Of a DNA stretch of 64,000 nt, positions 51,434 through 60,250 are shown one piece after another. The position numbers were made by a program, and so were the translations under genes. Each line of letters starts with the position of its first letter. Positions within the stretch are counted from its first letter, which is position 1. The stretch spans positions 3,926-67,925 of IMG/VR virus record IMGVR_UViG_3300032236_001583; one strand, 5' to 3'. The notes below the pieces were generated by a model, which saw nothing but the letters and a program-made list of their open reading frames with translations, was not told where the DNA came from and searched no databases. This DNA is from a virus.

Positions 51434-52033
51434 ATGATAGATTTAGGAACTGTAACTGGATTTGTATTACCAGGAACAACAAATACTACGCCATTTAATG
51501 ACCCATCATATATTGATTCTGGGTTATTTCCTAATGATATTAATACCCCTATTGACGAATTGGTTGACCAAATTTATTACCAACCAACCTCAAATTATAC
51601 TGGATTTACATTTTTAGGACTAGGAGCAAGTAGATTATCAGAAAAACAAAAATATGGTGGTGGTTTGATTGAAGAGTTACAAAGTGGGTCGTATACAGAT
51701 GGTCCATTATCTGGAATTAGCTGGACTGGATACACATTTGATGTGATTGGTGCCGATAATAGCATTACGCTTTATTATGAGGATCGTAGTGACGGAACAA
51801 CACAAATAACAGGTTCAACAGCAAATATTACACAAGAAACCGCAATCAATTTTATGTTAACAAGAAACGAACATTTTTTGGGCTTTGTTGAACAACCATC
51901 AGTTTATTCAGATGTGTTCATTGAAAGAGGTAAACAGGGGGTAATGGAAAAGAATTTAAGATTAGGCGAAATTGACAATTTAGGTGAATTATCAATATAT
52001 GGAAATGGATTTTTCAACGTCAAAACCTATTAA
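51434..52033 (+). CDS. Hypothetical virion protein
   Basis: TATTTATA at 51411; conserved-looking C-terminus SDVFIERGK...RLGEIDNLGEL..YG.GFF. Confidence 0.65.
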   Translation: MIDLGTVTGFVLPGTTNTTPFNDPSYIDSGLFPNDINTPIDELVDQIYYQPTSNYTGFTFLGLGASRLSEKQKYGGGLIEELQSGSYTDGPLSGISWTGYTFDVIGADNSITLYYEDRSDGTTQITGSTANITQETAINFMLTRNEHFLGFVEQPSVYSDVFIERGKQGVMEKNLRLGEIDNLGELSIYGNGFFNVKTY

Positions 52034-52058
52034 ATCATATTTATAATAAAAAGAAAAA

Positions 52059-52982
52059 ATGGCAGTAGGAGCATATGGTATAACAAGACCGGCAGACGTC
52101 TCACCAGCAGATGTAGAAATTTTCTATCATTATGTTTCTGGTAGAACTGCTGATATTGTACCAACATTTAAGAAATTGGACCCAGTTTCAGTTTTAACAC
52201 CGGTTTATCATACTGGTACAACAACCTCTGATACATCGGCAATAGGTGCTGAAGTTTTGGGTGGTTTATATAATTTGAAATTGGCATCAACAGATTTTAG
52301 TAATTTGGGAATATATACATTAATGCTGCGTCCAAAACAAATCAGAACTTCAATTACTGATTGTGGTGTATTAGCTTCAATGCCATCAGTTAGGGGTTTA
52401 GTTATTGATTTAGGTAATATTGCTGCGGAAGATAGAGCAAAATTCATTCCTCAAGGATTAGTTGGTTATAGAATTGAATATGTGAATACAGATGGGTCAA
52501 ACAAAAAAATGGCTAACTTTTACAGACTAGTAACATCGTCATTTTATTGTACCCCAGTTGTTAGTAATTTAAGCGACACAACAAATAAGTCAATTAGATA
52601 TCAATATAGTGATGCAACAACCAACTTTGTGTTTTTAACTTTAACGCCAAGTTCTGCACCATCATCAAGACCAAATGTGATTCCATATATTGGAGTTCCA
52701 GGACAAAAAATTATTTTATCAAACACATATTTCAATCCAACAACAATTGAAATTGAAATGGTTGAACATGATGCTACAACATTGTCATATGCACTTTATG
52801 GTAACCAATCTAAAGCGGTTGCTCCAGGTGTATACACAATTTATGATAGTAATAACAACATTTACAAGCAATACAACTTATACGAAATTAAAGATCAATA
52901 TAATGATACATTGTATGAGATTCGCGAACAAAAAACAATAATTGACGACACCTTGAATTTCACTAATATCACTAACGTATAA
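52059..52982 (+). CDS. Hypothetical virion (baseplate-region) protein
   Basis: TATTTATA at 52038; 307-aa ORF coupled to the next gene by TAATG. Confidence 0.65.
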   Translation: MAVGAYGITRPADVSPADVEIFYHYVSGRTADIVPTFKKLDPVSVLTPVYHTGTTTSDTSAIGAEVLGGLYNLKLASTDFSNLGIYTLMLRPKQIRTSITDCGVLASMPSVRGLVIDLGNIAAEDRAKFIPQGLVGYRIEYVNTDGSNKKMANFYRLVTSSFYCTPVVSNLSDTTNKSIRYQYSDATTNFVFLTLTPSSAPSSRPNVIPYIGVPGQKIILSNTYFNPTTIEIEMVEHDATTLSYALYGNQSKAVAPGVYTIYDSNNNIYKQYNLYEIKDQYNDTLYEIREQKTIIDDTLNFTNITNV

Positions 52983-55900
52983 TGGGGACAATAACTGGTA
53001 ATACTTCTAATGTAAGATATAAAATCCCTAGCAAAGCGGCTAGTGGAGCACAGACTTTTGCTGATAATTTAGTGGGGGTGCAAATTACTGATGGTACCAG
53101 TCAATTAACAAATACTAATTTTGCGTTAGATAAATTTTATCCAGAAAAGGATAGTAAGGATTTCAAGACATCACCATTCTCTAATTTTTTTGTTTTAGAC
53201 GATCTTAAAATTGAAACTTCTGCACCAACAACAACAAGTGGTACAAAACCAAAAGATGAAAAAATAAGATTTAAGGGTGGTATTGATGACGCAAGTAAAG
53301 CATTATTTGGTTCATTAGCTGCTAGAATATCAGTTTCTATTGGTAATATTATAACAGCATTCCCTGCCGGAATTTATTTGGATTCATCAACAGCTACTGC
53401 AACAACACCATATACGGCGAGCGGTATAACATATGATGAGATATTGAAAATCACAACATTATATGTTGAGACTAACATGTTTTACAATCCATTTGATATT
53501 GTTTATGTCGCACCTAACAGTAACACATTACCAGCAACATCAAACGCATTAAGAAATCTATTTTCAGCATATAAAAATTATGTAATTGATTTCAACGGAA
53601 GCACCTATAATGTTTTAACGTTTTCACAACCTGATGCTAATAATAATATAAAAATCACAGTTGAAGGAAAACCATTTACTGGTACAACAGAAACTGATAA
53701 TTTTATTATTAGACCAACTAATTCAATTGTCGAAGAGTTTTTCAACAATTTAGATGACTTAGAAAATTTATTATTAACTAGAGATTCTAATCCAAAATAT
53801 CAAGCTAGCTTTAAGGTTCCGACAGAAAGTTTGGATCAAAGTAAAATTGAAATATCAACATACACAGTTAACTGGCCAATATCAAAAGACGGATGGAATA
53901 TTGAAATTGTTGGTTTAAGTTTTGATCAGTACATTTATCAACTATCTAGTTTAGCAAATGAAATTGATGATTATAAATCTAATTTAATTGTTAGATTTTT
54001 AACAGCACCTCAATTATTTGAGTTTGATACTGATGATCAAAAAGCACAAGCAATATTCCAAATATACGGACAATCATTTGATAGTGTAAAAAAATATATT
54101 GACAATGTGGCATTTATGAGAAATGTTACATATGATGGTATTGACAACGTACCAGATGTTTTACTTAAAAATTTATCACAAACATTAGGATTAGATACAC
54201 ATAGTTTATTTGATGAAACATCATTAGACGATACATTATATACAAGACAAGATAACACATTTAGTGGTTTAACACAAGGTATGACTTTGGTTGAAGCTGA
54301 GTATGAATTTTACAGAAGATTACTTGTGAACTTAGCACATATATTTAAGTCAAAAGGTACTAGAAACGCATTAGATTTTCTTTTAAGATTTTTAGGTGCA
54401 CCAGAGCCATTAATTAAAATTGAGGAATTTGTTTATGATGTAACAAGTTTACCAGTTAATCAAAATGTTGAAGATGATATTCAAGATTTGATTAGCGGAA
54501 CAAAAACAGAATATGTTATTACTGGTACAACAATAGACCATTCTGATTACACATATTATTATGATGGTGTACCATTATCACATTCAAGTTATCCATATAC
54601 TGGTATCACATATCAAATGGCGACATTAACTGGGTCAACAAATCTTAATAGAGATGAATATCCAATTGATGAAAATGGATTCCCTAGAAAAATATTTAAT
54701 GCTACTGATGATATCTTTTTCCAAAAAGGTGCTGGTTGGTATGAATTAACAACTGAACATAGATCTCCAGATATTATTGACACACAAAAATCAATATTGA
54801 CAGGTAAAACAAAAACAATTATAACTAAACCAAAACCATTTACATATGGTGAGGATTACTTTAATTATTTAAGAAAATTACCAGGATTAAATTATGGATT
54901 TGGATTGAAGCCTAGAATTGATAATATTAAATCTAGTGTATTCACCGACGAAAATTCTGAAAAGTTAATTCTTAATAGAAAAAACGCAAACGTATTTTTA
55001 TCACCATCACAAGCGATAGAATATGATATTTGGAGAAAAAATACAACAGGTGATACACTTAATGATTATTATAGTAATATACTTGATAGTATTGTTTTAA
55101 ATTCTGCAACATCAAAATATGATAAATCATATAGTGGGTTAACAAGTTTTTACAATTCTTATTTGACAAATACTGGATATACACCATATGATTTTATTTC
55201 AGTGAATAATTTTGTTAATAAGTTAGGTCCATCTTGGGTTAGAATCATAGAACAATTTATTCCAGCAACAACATTATGGTTAGGTGGTAATTTGATTAGT
55301 AATACGGTTTTCAATAGATCAAAATATGCTTATAAAAATTTAAGATACGGTATACCAAACAATCATAGTTCAATTGTATCATATGACGATGATGAATTTA
55401 ACTGTTCTAATCCAATACCAGAAACACCATTACCAACACATACACCAACTCGTACTCCAACAGCAACGCCAACGCCAACTGTAACACCAAGTCATACAGC
55501 ATTACCAACACATACACCAACTACAACATCAACACCAGCAACGACTCCGAGTCACACACCAACGCATACACCAACACCAACAACAACACTTGTTACTTCA
55601 CCAACACCAACACAGACTCAAACACAAACGCCAACACCATCATCAACAACACCATCTGTTTCAGTATGTTATACTGTAACATCAGGTGTTATGCCAGTAA
55701 CCGGTGGTTCAGGTGCGCAGGCACAGGGTACAATAACAGTATCTAACGGTACTGTTAATATTTGGACAAAATATAATTCAGCTGGTAGTAGTTCAGGAAC
55801 AGCACAATGGAGTGGAACATTTAATAGTATTCCAGCCTCTGGAACATTTACTATAATGAATTTGGGTGAATCACAATACACAACTAGTGGTGGTAGTGGA

Positions 55901-56053
55901 GGTAACGGATATGTAACATTAACACCAGGAACATATGGATTTTCATTATTGAAAAGTGATAATGTTTCAAACAGTGCGGGAATAAGTAACATTGTATGGT
56001 CTGTTAGTACAAACACAAATCCAAATATGGCAACAAATGCTAGTACATGTTAA
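52982..56053 (+). CDS. Baseplate wedge protein (P2 gpI / gp7-like) with Thr-Pro linker and C-terminal domain
   Basis: VPD.LL..L...LG and YRRL..NL.HIFKSKGTR.AL..LL..LG, the gpI-type signature; TPT tract at about 55415-55655. Confidence 0.7.
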   Translation: MGTITGNTSNVRYKIPSKAASGAQTFADNLVGVQITDGTSQLTNTNFALDKFYPEKDSKDFKTSPFSNFFVLDDLKIETSAPTTTSGTKPKDEKIRFKGGIDDASKALFGSLAARISVSIGNIITAFPAGIYLDSSTATATTPYTASGITYDEILKITTLYVETNMFYNPFDIVYVAPNSNTLPATSNALRNLFSAYKNYVIDFNGSTYNVLTFSQPDANNNIKITVEGKPFTGTTETDNFIIRPTNSIVEEFFNNLDDLENLLLTRDSNPKYQASFKVPTESLDQSKIEISTYTVNWPISKDGWNIEIVGLSFDQYIYQLSSLANEIDDYKSNLIVRFLTAPQLFEFDTDDQKAQAIFQIYGQSFDSVKKYIDNVAFMRNVTYDGIDNVPDVLLKNLSQTLGLDTHSLFDETSLDDTLYTRQDNTFSGLTQGMTLVEAEYEFYRRLLVNLAHIFKSKGTRNALDFLLRFLGAPEPLIKIEEFVYDVTSLPVNQNVEDDIQDLISGTKTEYVITGTTIDHSDYTYYYDGVPLSHSSYPYTGITYQMATLTGSTNLNRDEYPIDENGFPRKIFNATDDIFFQKGAGWYELTTEHRSPDIIDTQKSILTGKTKTIITKPKPFTYGEDYFNYLRKLPGLNYGFGLKPRIDNIKSSVFTDENSEKLILNRKNANVFLSPSQAIEYDIWRKNTTGDTLNDYYSNILDSIVLNSATSKYDKSYSGLTSFYNSYLTNTGYTPYDFISVNNFVNKLGPSWVRIIEQFIPATTLWLGGNLISNTVFNRSKYAYKNLRYGIPNNHSSIVSYDDDEFNCSNPIPETPLPTHTPTRTPTATPTPTVTPSHTALPTHTPTTTSTPATTPSHTPTHTPTPTTTLVTSPTPTQTQTQTPTPSSTTPSVSVCYTVTSGVMPVTGGSGAQAQGTITVSNGTVNIWTKYNSAGSSSGTAQWSGTFNSIPASGTFTIMNLGESQYTTSGGSGGNGYVTLTPGTYGFSLLKSDNVSNSAGISNIVWSVSTNTNPNMATNASTC

Positions 56054-56081
56054 TAACAAATTAGAAAAATATTTATAATAT

Positions 56082-57635
56082 ATGAGCTTTTTAAATACAA
56101 CATATTCAGCAACAGTAGCGGCTAGATTAACACAGAAAGGTAGAAATGCAATAGCTGCTGGTAACTTTAATATTAGTTATTTCACAATAGGTGATTCTGA
56201 ATTTAATTATAGTGGACCAGCATCACAAAATGTGTTAACACCTTTTGATAAGGATGTTGATATCAAATATCCATTATGGTATACTAGCGGTACAACAATA
56301 TATGGCGTGCCTGTAGCATATCCAATAACATCGGTATGTAACAATGCGATATTATCATCTGATCCTGCTAGTACTGGTTGGACATCAAATGTTGTGTGGG
56401 AACAAAATCCAATTGGATATACTGGTTCAACAGGATATACCGGATTTGTAAATGCTGCTTATTTAGGGACAAAATCATATTTTGGTTATACCTCAACATC
56501 AGGTCAGACATATTATGCATCTACTGGTTCAACAACAGGTACAACTACTGGTACAACAATTACCGATACATTAGGTAATAAAGTTACTATTAAACCTGAA
56601 GAACAAAAAACTATCGCAATATTACATTATACAAAAAATAACACAGATCCTTGGGTTTTCTTTAAGTATGATGATTATATTGCAACTGATGCAAATGGAG
56701 TTAGTAATTTTAGTTTATCATTACCAAATTTAATGTATCATAGATCAACAGGTACAACTGCTGGTGCAACTTTTTACATGAGTACAGGTAACACTAAAAT
56801 GATGTCATCAAATTACAATGGTAACTACACTATTGAATATAAAGATTTGGTTGATGGTACTGGAAGTACTGCAAATACAGTTGGTAAAATATTTTTCAAT
56901 CAACAAAAAGTTGTGATTGATGATGAGGATATTGCAGCAGTTTTAGATCCAGCATCAAGTAGAACATATACATTAACGGCGCCATTTGTTAATACATTAG
57001 CAAGTAACAATAACCCAATTACAGGTTTAACAACTAGTAAAACATTATGGGTAACATATAAAGTTAGCGGAGGAACAACTAACGATGATTTACCATGTAA
57101 TTATTTTATGAAAGTTACAGGTTCATCTAATAATGAAGTAGTAACAGTTCAATTTAGTGGTAATAGTTTCAATTTTCTTAATAACGGATATAGTGCAACA
57201 AATTTTTATTTATTATTCCAATTAACAAATAACGGAGATAAACCATCTGCAACAGGTTGGAAATATTATGATGTAACTAGCGAATTAGGATCAATAAATA
57301 ATATTAAAACAGGACATACGTTTACATTAGATCAACTTAAATTTACTGGAGGAACGCAGTTTAATTCAACATTAAGTTCTTTCGGAAATACTGGTACAAC
57401 ATTTGGTACAATACAACTTATAAGATCTAGTGATATTGAAGAAATGGTATTTAATTTAAGTTTACCTGACACTACGTTCAAGTATTCACAAAATCCAACA
57501 GTTGGTAATTCAACACCAATGATTACCGAGGTTGCATTATTAGATGCTAATAAGAACACATTAGTAATGGGTAAATTGTCAGCTCCAATTTCTAGAACAG
57601 GCTCTCAAGTAATACAGGTAAAACTTGATTTTTAA
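56082..57635 (+). CDS. Baseplate / tail-collar-fibre-like protein
   Basis: N-terminal A.LT.KGR..IA.G...I..F..GD and C-terminal ITEV.L.D....L....KL..PI, the tail-collar signature. Confidence 0.65.
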   Translation: MSFLNTTYSATVAARLTQKGRNAIAAGNFNISYFTIGDSEFNYSGPASQNVLTPFDKDVDIKYPLWYTSGTTIYGVPVAYPITSVCNNAILSSDPASTGWTSNVVWEQNPIGYTGSTGYTGFVNAAYLGTKSYFGYTSTSGQTYYASTGSTTGTTTGTTITDTLGNKVTIKPEEQKTIAILHYTKNNTDPWVFFKYDDYIATDANGVSNFSLSLPNLMYHRSTGTTAGATFYMSTGNTKMMSSNYNGNYTIEYKDLVDGTGSTANTVGKIFFNQQKVVIDDEDIAAVLDPASSRTYTLTAPFVNTLASNNNPITGLTTSKTLWVTYKVSGGTTNDDLPCNYFMKVTGSSNNEVVTVQFSGNSFNFLNNGYSATNFYLLFQLTNNGDKPSATGWKYYDVTSELGSINNIKTGHTFTLDQLKFTGGTQFNSTLSSFGNTGTTFGTIQLIRSSDIEEMVFNLSLPDTTFKYSQNPTVGNSTPMITEVALLDANKNTLVMGKLSAPISRTGSQVIQVKLDF

Positions 57636-57638
57636 GGG

Positions 57639-57667
57639 TTTACATTTATTGTAATTTAATTTATAAT
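57639..57667 (+). promoter_or_regulatory. sigma70-like promoter TTTACA-N17-TATAAT
   Basis: Near-consensus -35/-10 ending 7 nt before the ruvC-like ATG. Confidence 0.65.
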
Positions 57668-57674
57668 TTATATT

Positions 57675-58286
57675 ATGAGTAATATAGATATTAAATTCAA
57701 GAATAAACCAAAGATCTTAGGCTTAGATATTAGCACAAAGACCATTGGGTTTGCATTATTTGATTTAACTGGTTCTAAGTTATTAGAATTAACACACTTT
57801 TCGCCAAAGATAAAACCACAACCAGAAGATAAGTTAGAAGAACTTATGAAAAAAGCCGATGCATTCAAGAAGCATTTGGAAGGTTATAGAGACATGGGAA
57901 TTGTTCGTGTTATTATTGAGGAACCATTATTAAATTCTAATAACGTTTATACCGTTGGTACATTATTAAGATACAATACAATGATATGTAAAAATATCTA
58001 TGATGTATTTGGTATTGTTCCGACATTTATTTCAACATATAACTCAAGAAAATTTGCATTCCCAGATTTAGTTGGACCTAACGATAAAGGTCGTAATGTT
58101 TTATTTGGTGGTTATCCAAAAGACATTGACAAAAAGCAAATTATTTGGGAGCATGTAAACGCTGTATGTCCTGATATCAATTGGTTATATGGAAAAACAG
58201 GTAACCTTAAAAAAGAGAATTTTGACATGGCTGATGCCGCATGTTGTGTGATCGGATATGTCAATATGAACAAATCAGAAAAATAG
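57675..58286 (+). CDS. ruvC: RuvC-like Holliday junction resolvase
   Basis: ILGLDISTKTIG, VIIEEP, DKK.I and FDMADA acidic RNase H-fold motifs. Confidence 0.82.
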   Translation: MSNIDIKFKNKPKILGLDISTKTIGFALFDLTGSKLLELTHFSPKIKPQPEDKLEELMKKADAFKKHLEGYRDMGIVRVIIEEPLLNSNNVYTVGTLLRYNTMICKNIYDVFGIVPTFISTYNSRKFAFPDLVGPNDKGRNVLFGGYPKDIDKKQIIWEHVNAVCPDINWLYGKTGNLKKENFDMADAACCVIGYVNMNKSEK

Positions 58287-58334
58287 GGCAAATGATATTT
58301 CCTTTTAGGAATAGTTAAGTTTATATTTATTAAT

Positions 58335-58410
58335 GTAGGACGGGACGAGAGTTAAAAGCCTCGTTTGGTTGGTAGGGAGTCGAGGTGGTGTTCGGCTCCC
58401 ATTTTTTTTT
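58335..58410 (+). ncRNA. Candidate small structured RNA (two hairpins, the second a terminator)
   Basis: GC-rich island in AT-rich DNA after TATTTAT (58324): GGACGAG/CTCGTTT stem, then GGGAGTCGAG-GTGGTG-TTCGGCTCCC followed by T9. Confidence 0.5.
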
Positions 58411-58439
58411 ATCACATTTTTTATATATATTAATATCTA

Positions 58440-59381
58440 ATGGAAGCACAAGAAATTGATTACTCAATCATTTTTGAGATTTTAGAGGATATTTTTGGTG
58501 ACTATAGGAATCACAATGACTATAGATGCCAGGTGTCATTTGATTGTCCAGTATGCTCCTATGACATTAAAGGTTTGGACCAAGGCGACGGTAAAGGTAA
58601 CTTAGAAGTTAACTACAAATATGGTGTATATAAGTGCTGGGTTTGTTCAGAAACAAATGGTACTCATGGATCTATATATAAGTTAATTAAAACATATGGT
58701 ACTCCCAAACAGTTGAAAAAGTACTTGTTGTTGAAACCTGAGGATGATGAAAATGCACCTAAAAGAACATATAAAAAGGTAAGATTACCAAAAGAATATA
58801 TAGCATTTAGTGATGCGCATCCAGCATTGAAAATGACACCAAACTTTAGGCAAGCATACAATTACATTAAGAGTCGAAATATAACCGACGAAATGTGTAA
58901 GAAGTATAGAATTGGCTTTTGTTTAACTGGTCCATATGAAAATAGAATTATTATCCCGTCATATGATGAAAATGATGAATTAACATATTTTATTGGACGT
59001 TCATATTTGTCAAAGACAAAAAGAAAATATATGAATCCAGAAGCACAAAAGGAGATCATAATTTTCAATGAATATTTAATTGATTGGGATAAGCCGATAT
59101 ACATTGTAGAAGGTGCGTTTGATAGTATTTTTATTGACAATGCGATCCCAATGTTAGGTAAATTTATGAGTGATCATTTATTTAATAAGTTATATGATAA
59201 GGCTAAAAAAATAATAATATGTTTAGACCCTGATGCTTGGGATGATCAAGAAAAGTTATATCACAAATTAAACATTGGAAAATTAATGGGTAAGGTTTGG
59301 AGTATAAAATTAGAAGGTGATAAAGATATTGCAGATTTACAAGGAAATATTAGTAACTATAAAGAAAAACAAATAGAATAA
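58440..59381 (+). CDS. dnaG: DNA primase (Zn-binding domain plus TOPRIM)
   Basis: FDCPVC...YKCWVC zinc ligands; YI..R.I, RIIIP, GR, KY.N, IVEGAFD and CLDPDA TOPRIM motifs. Confidence 0.9.
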   Translation: MEAQEIDYSIIFEILEDIFGDYRNHNDYRCQVSFDCPVCSYDIKGLDQGDGKGNLEVNYKYGVYKCWVCSETNGTHGSIYKLIKTYGTPKQLKKYLLLKPEDDENAPKRTYKKVRLPKEYIAFSDAHPALKMTPNFRQAYNYIKSRNITDEMCKKYRIGFCLTGPYENRIIIPSYDENDELTYFIGRSYLSKTKRKYMNPEAQKEIIIFNEYLIDWDKPIYIVEGAFDSIFIDNAIPMLGKFMSDHLFNKLYDKAKKIIICLDPDAWDDQEKLYHKLNIGKLMGKVWSIKLEGDKDIADLQGNISNYKEKQIE

Positions 59382-60250
59382 TGACAATTAAAAATTTAGA
59401 AGAGATTTCGTTAGAGATTAAAGAAATACTTGAAAAAAGAAGACAAGAATTAGAATTAACTTTCGTAGAAGAAAAACACATCTATTTCATGAAAGATAAT
59501 GATGGAATTGTAAAATCAAACTTTCCATCTGTATCAAAGATTATCAAAAAATTCCATAAGGCATTTGATGCCGAAGGTATGGCATTGAAAATGTCTAAAG
59601 GCGATCCTGATGCTGCTAGATTGTTGCAAGAACAGTGGAAGAAAGCAGGTAGTGATTCAACTAATATGGGTAGTAGGGTTCACTTTGAGTTAGAGAGTGA
59701 GTTAATTGGTAGATATAACAACTACAAAGAAGTTCGTCAACCAATTTATGAAATTGATAATGAACAACAACGCAAGAGTGATAATATGATTGCTGCTGGT
59801 AAAAACTTTTTAGATGTTATGCATGATAGAGGTGCAACATTATTAGATACTGAGATCGTTTTAGGTGATCCTAATTTACAATATACTGGTCAACCAGATA
59901 AAGTTTGGTTAATGGTTAATAAAAACAAGGATGATTTTGGATTTGTTATTACTGACTGGAAATCAAATCAACCAAAGAATTTTGAGATTAAGCATTATAC
60001 TGGTAAAATGTTTAGACCGTTTGATAATATCCCTGATAACGCATTAGGTCACTATTATTTACAGTTGCCATTATACGGTAGATTGTTAAATAAAATGTTA
60101 GAGGGAACAAAATACGCTAATAAAAGATTATTAGGATCTGTTGTGGTATTATTGAAAGATGATCAGACATATGAAGAATATAAAGTACCGCCAGAAGTTC
60201 AATATAACGTTTATAATTTAGATATATCAAAGTACATTTATAGAAGATGA
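59381..60250 (+). CDS. PD-(D/E)XK exonuclease (RecB/Cas4-like family)
   Basis: PSVS..I, G...H..LE, TE......YTGQPD, I.DWKS, Y.LQL..Y motifs. Confidence 0.85.
   Translation: MTIKNLEEISLEIKEILEKRRQELELTFVEEKHIYFMKDNDGIVKSNFPSVSKIIKKFHKAFDAEGMALKMSKGDPDAARLLQEQWKKAGSDSTNMGSRVHFELESELIGRYNNYKEVRQPIYEIDNEQQRKSDNMIAAGKNFLDVMHDRGATLLDTEIVLGDPNLQYTGQPDKVWLMVNKNKDDFGFVITDWKSNQPKNFEIKHYTGKMFRPFDNIPDNALGHYYLQLPLYGRLLNKMLEGTKYANKRLLGSVVVLLKDDQTYEEYKVPPEVQYNVYNLDISKYIYRR

Noticed and set aside
58335-58410. tRNA gene
   Set aside because: No cloverleaf, no 7-bp acceptor stem and no CCA; the GTTCG lies inside a terminator stem.
59381-60250. CRISPR Cas4 adaptation gene
   Set aside because: It lacks the Fe-S cysteine cluster and any cas context; it looks like an ordinary phage PD-(D/E)XK exonuclease.
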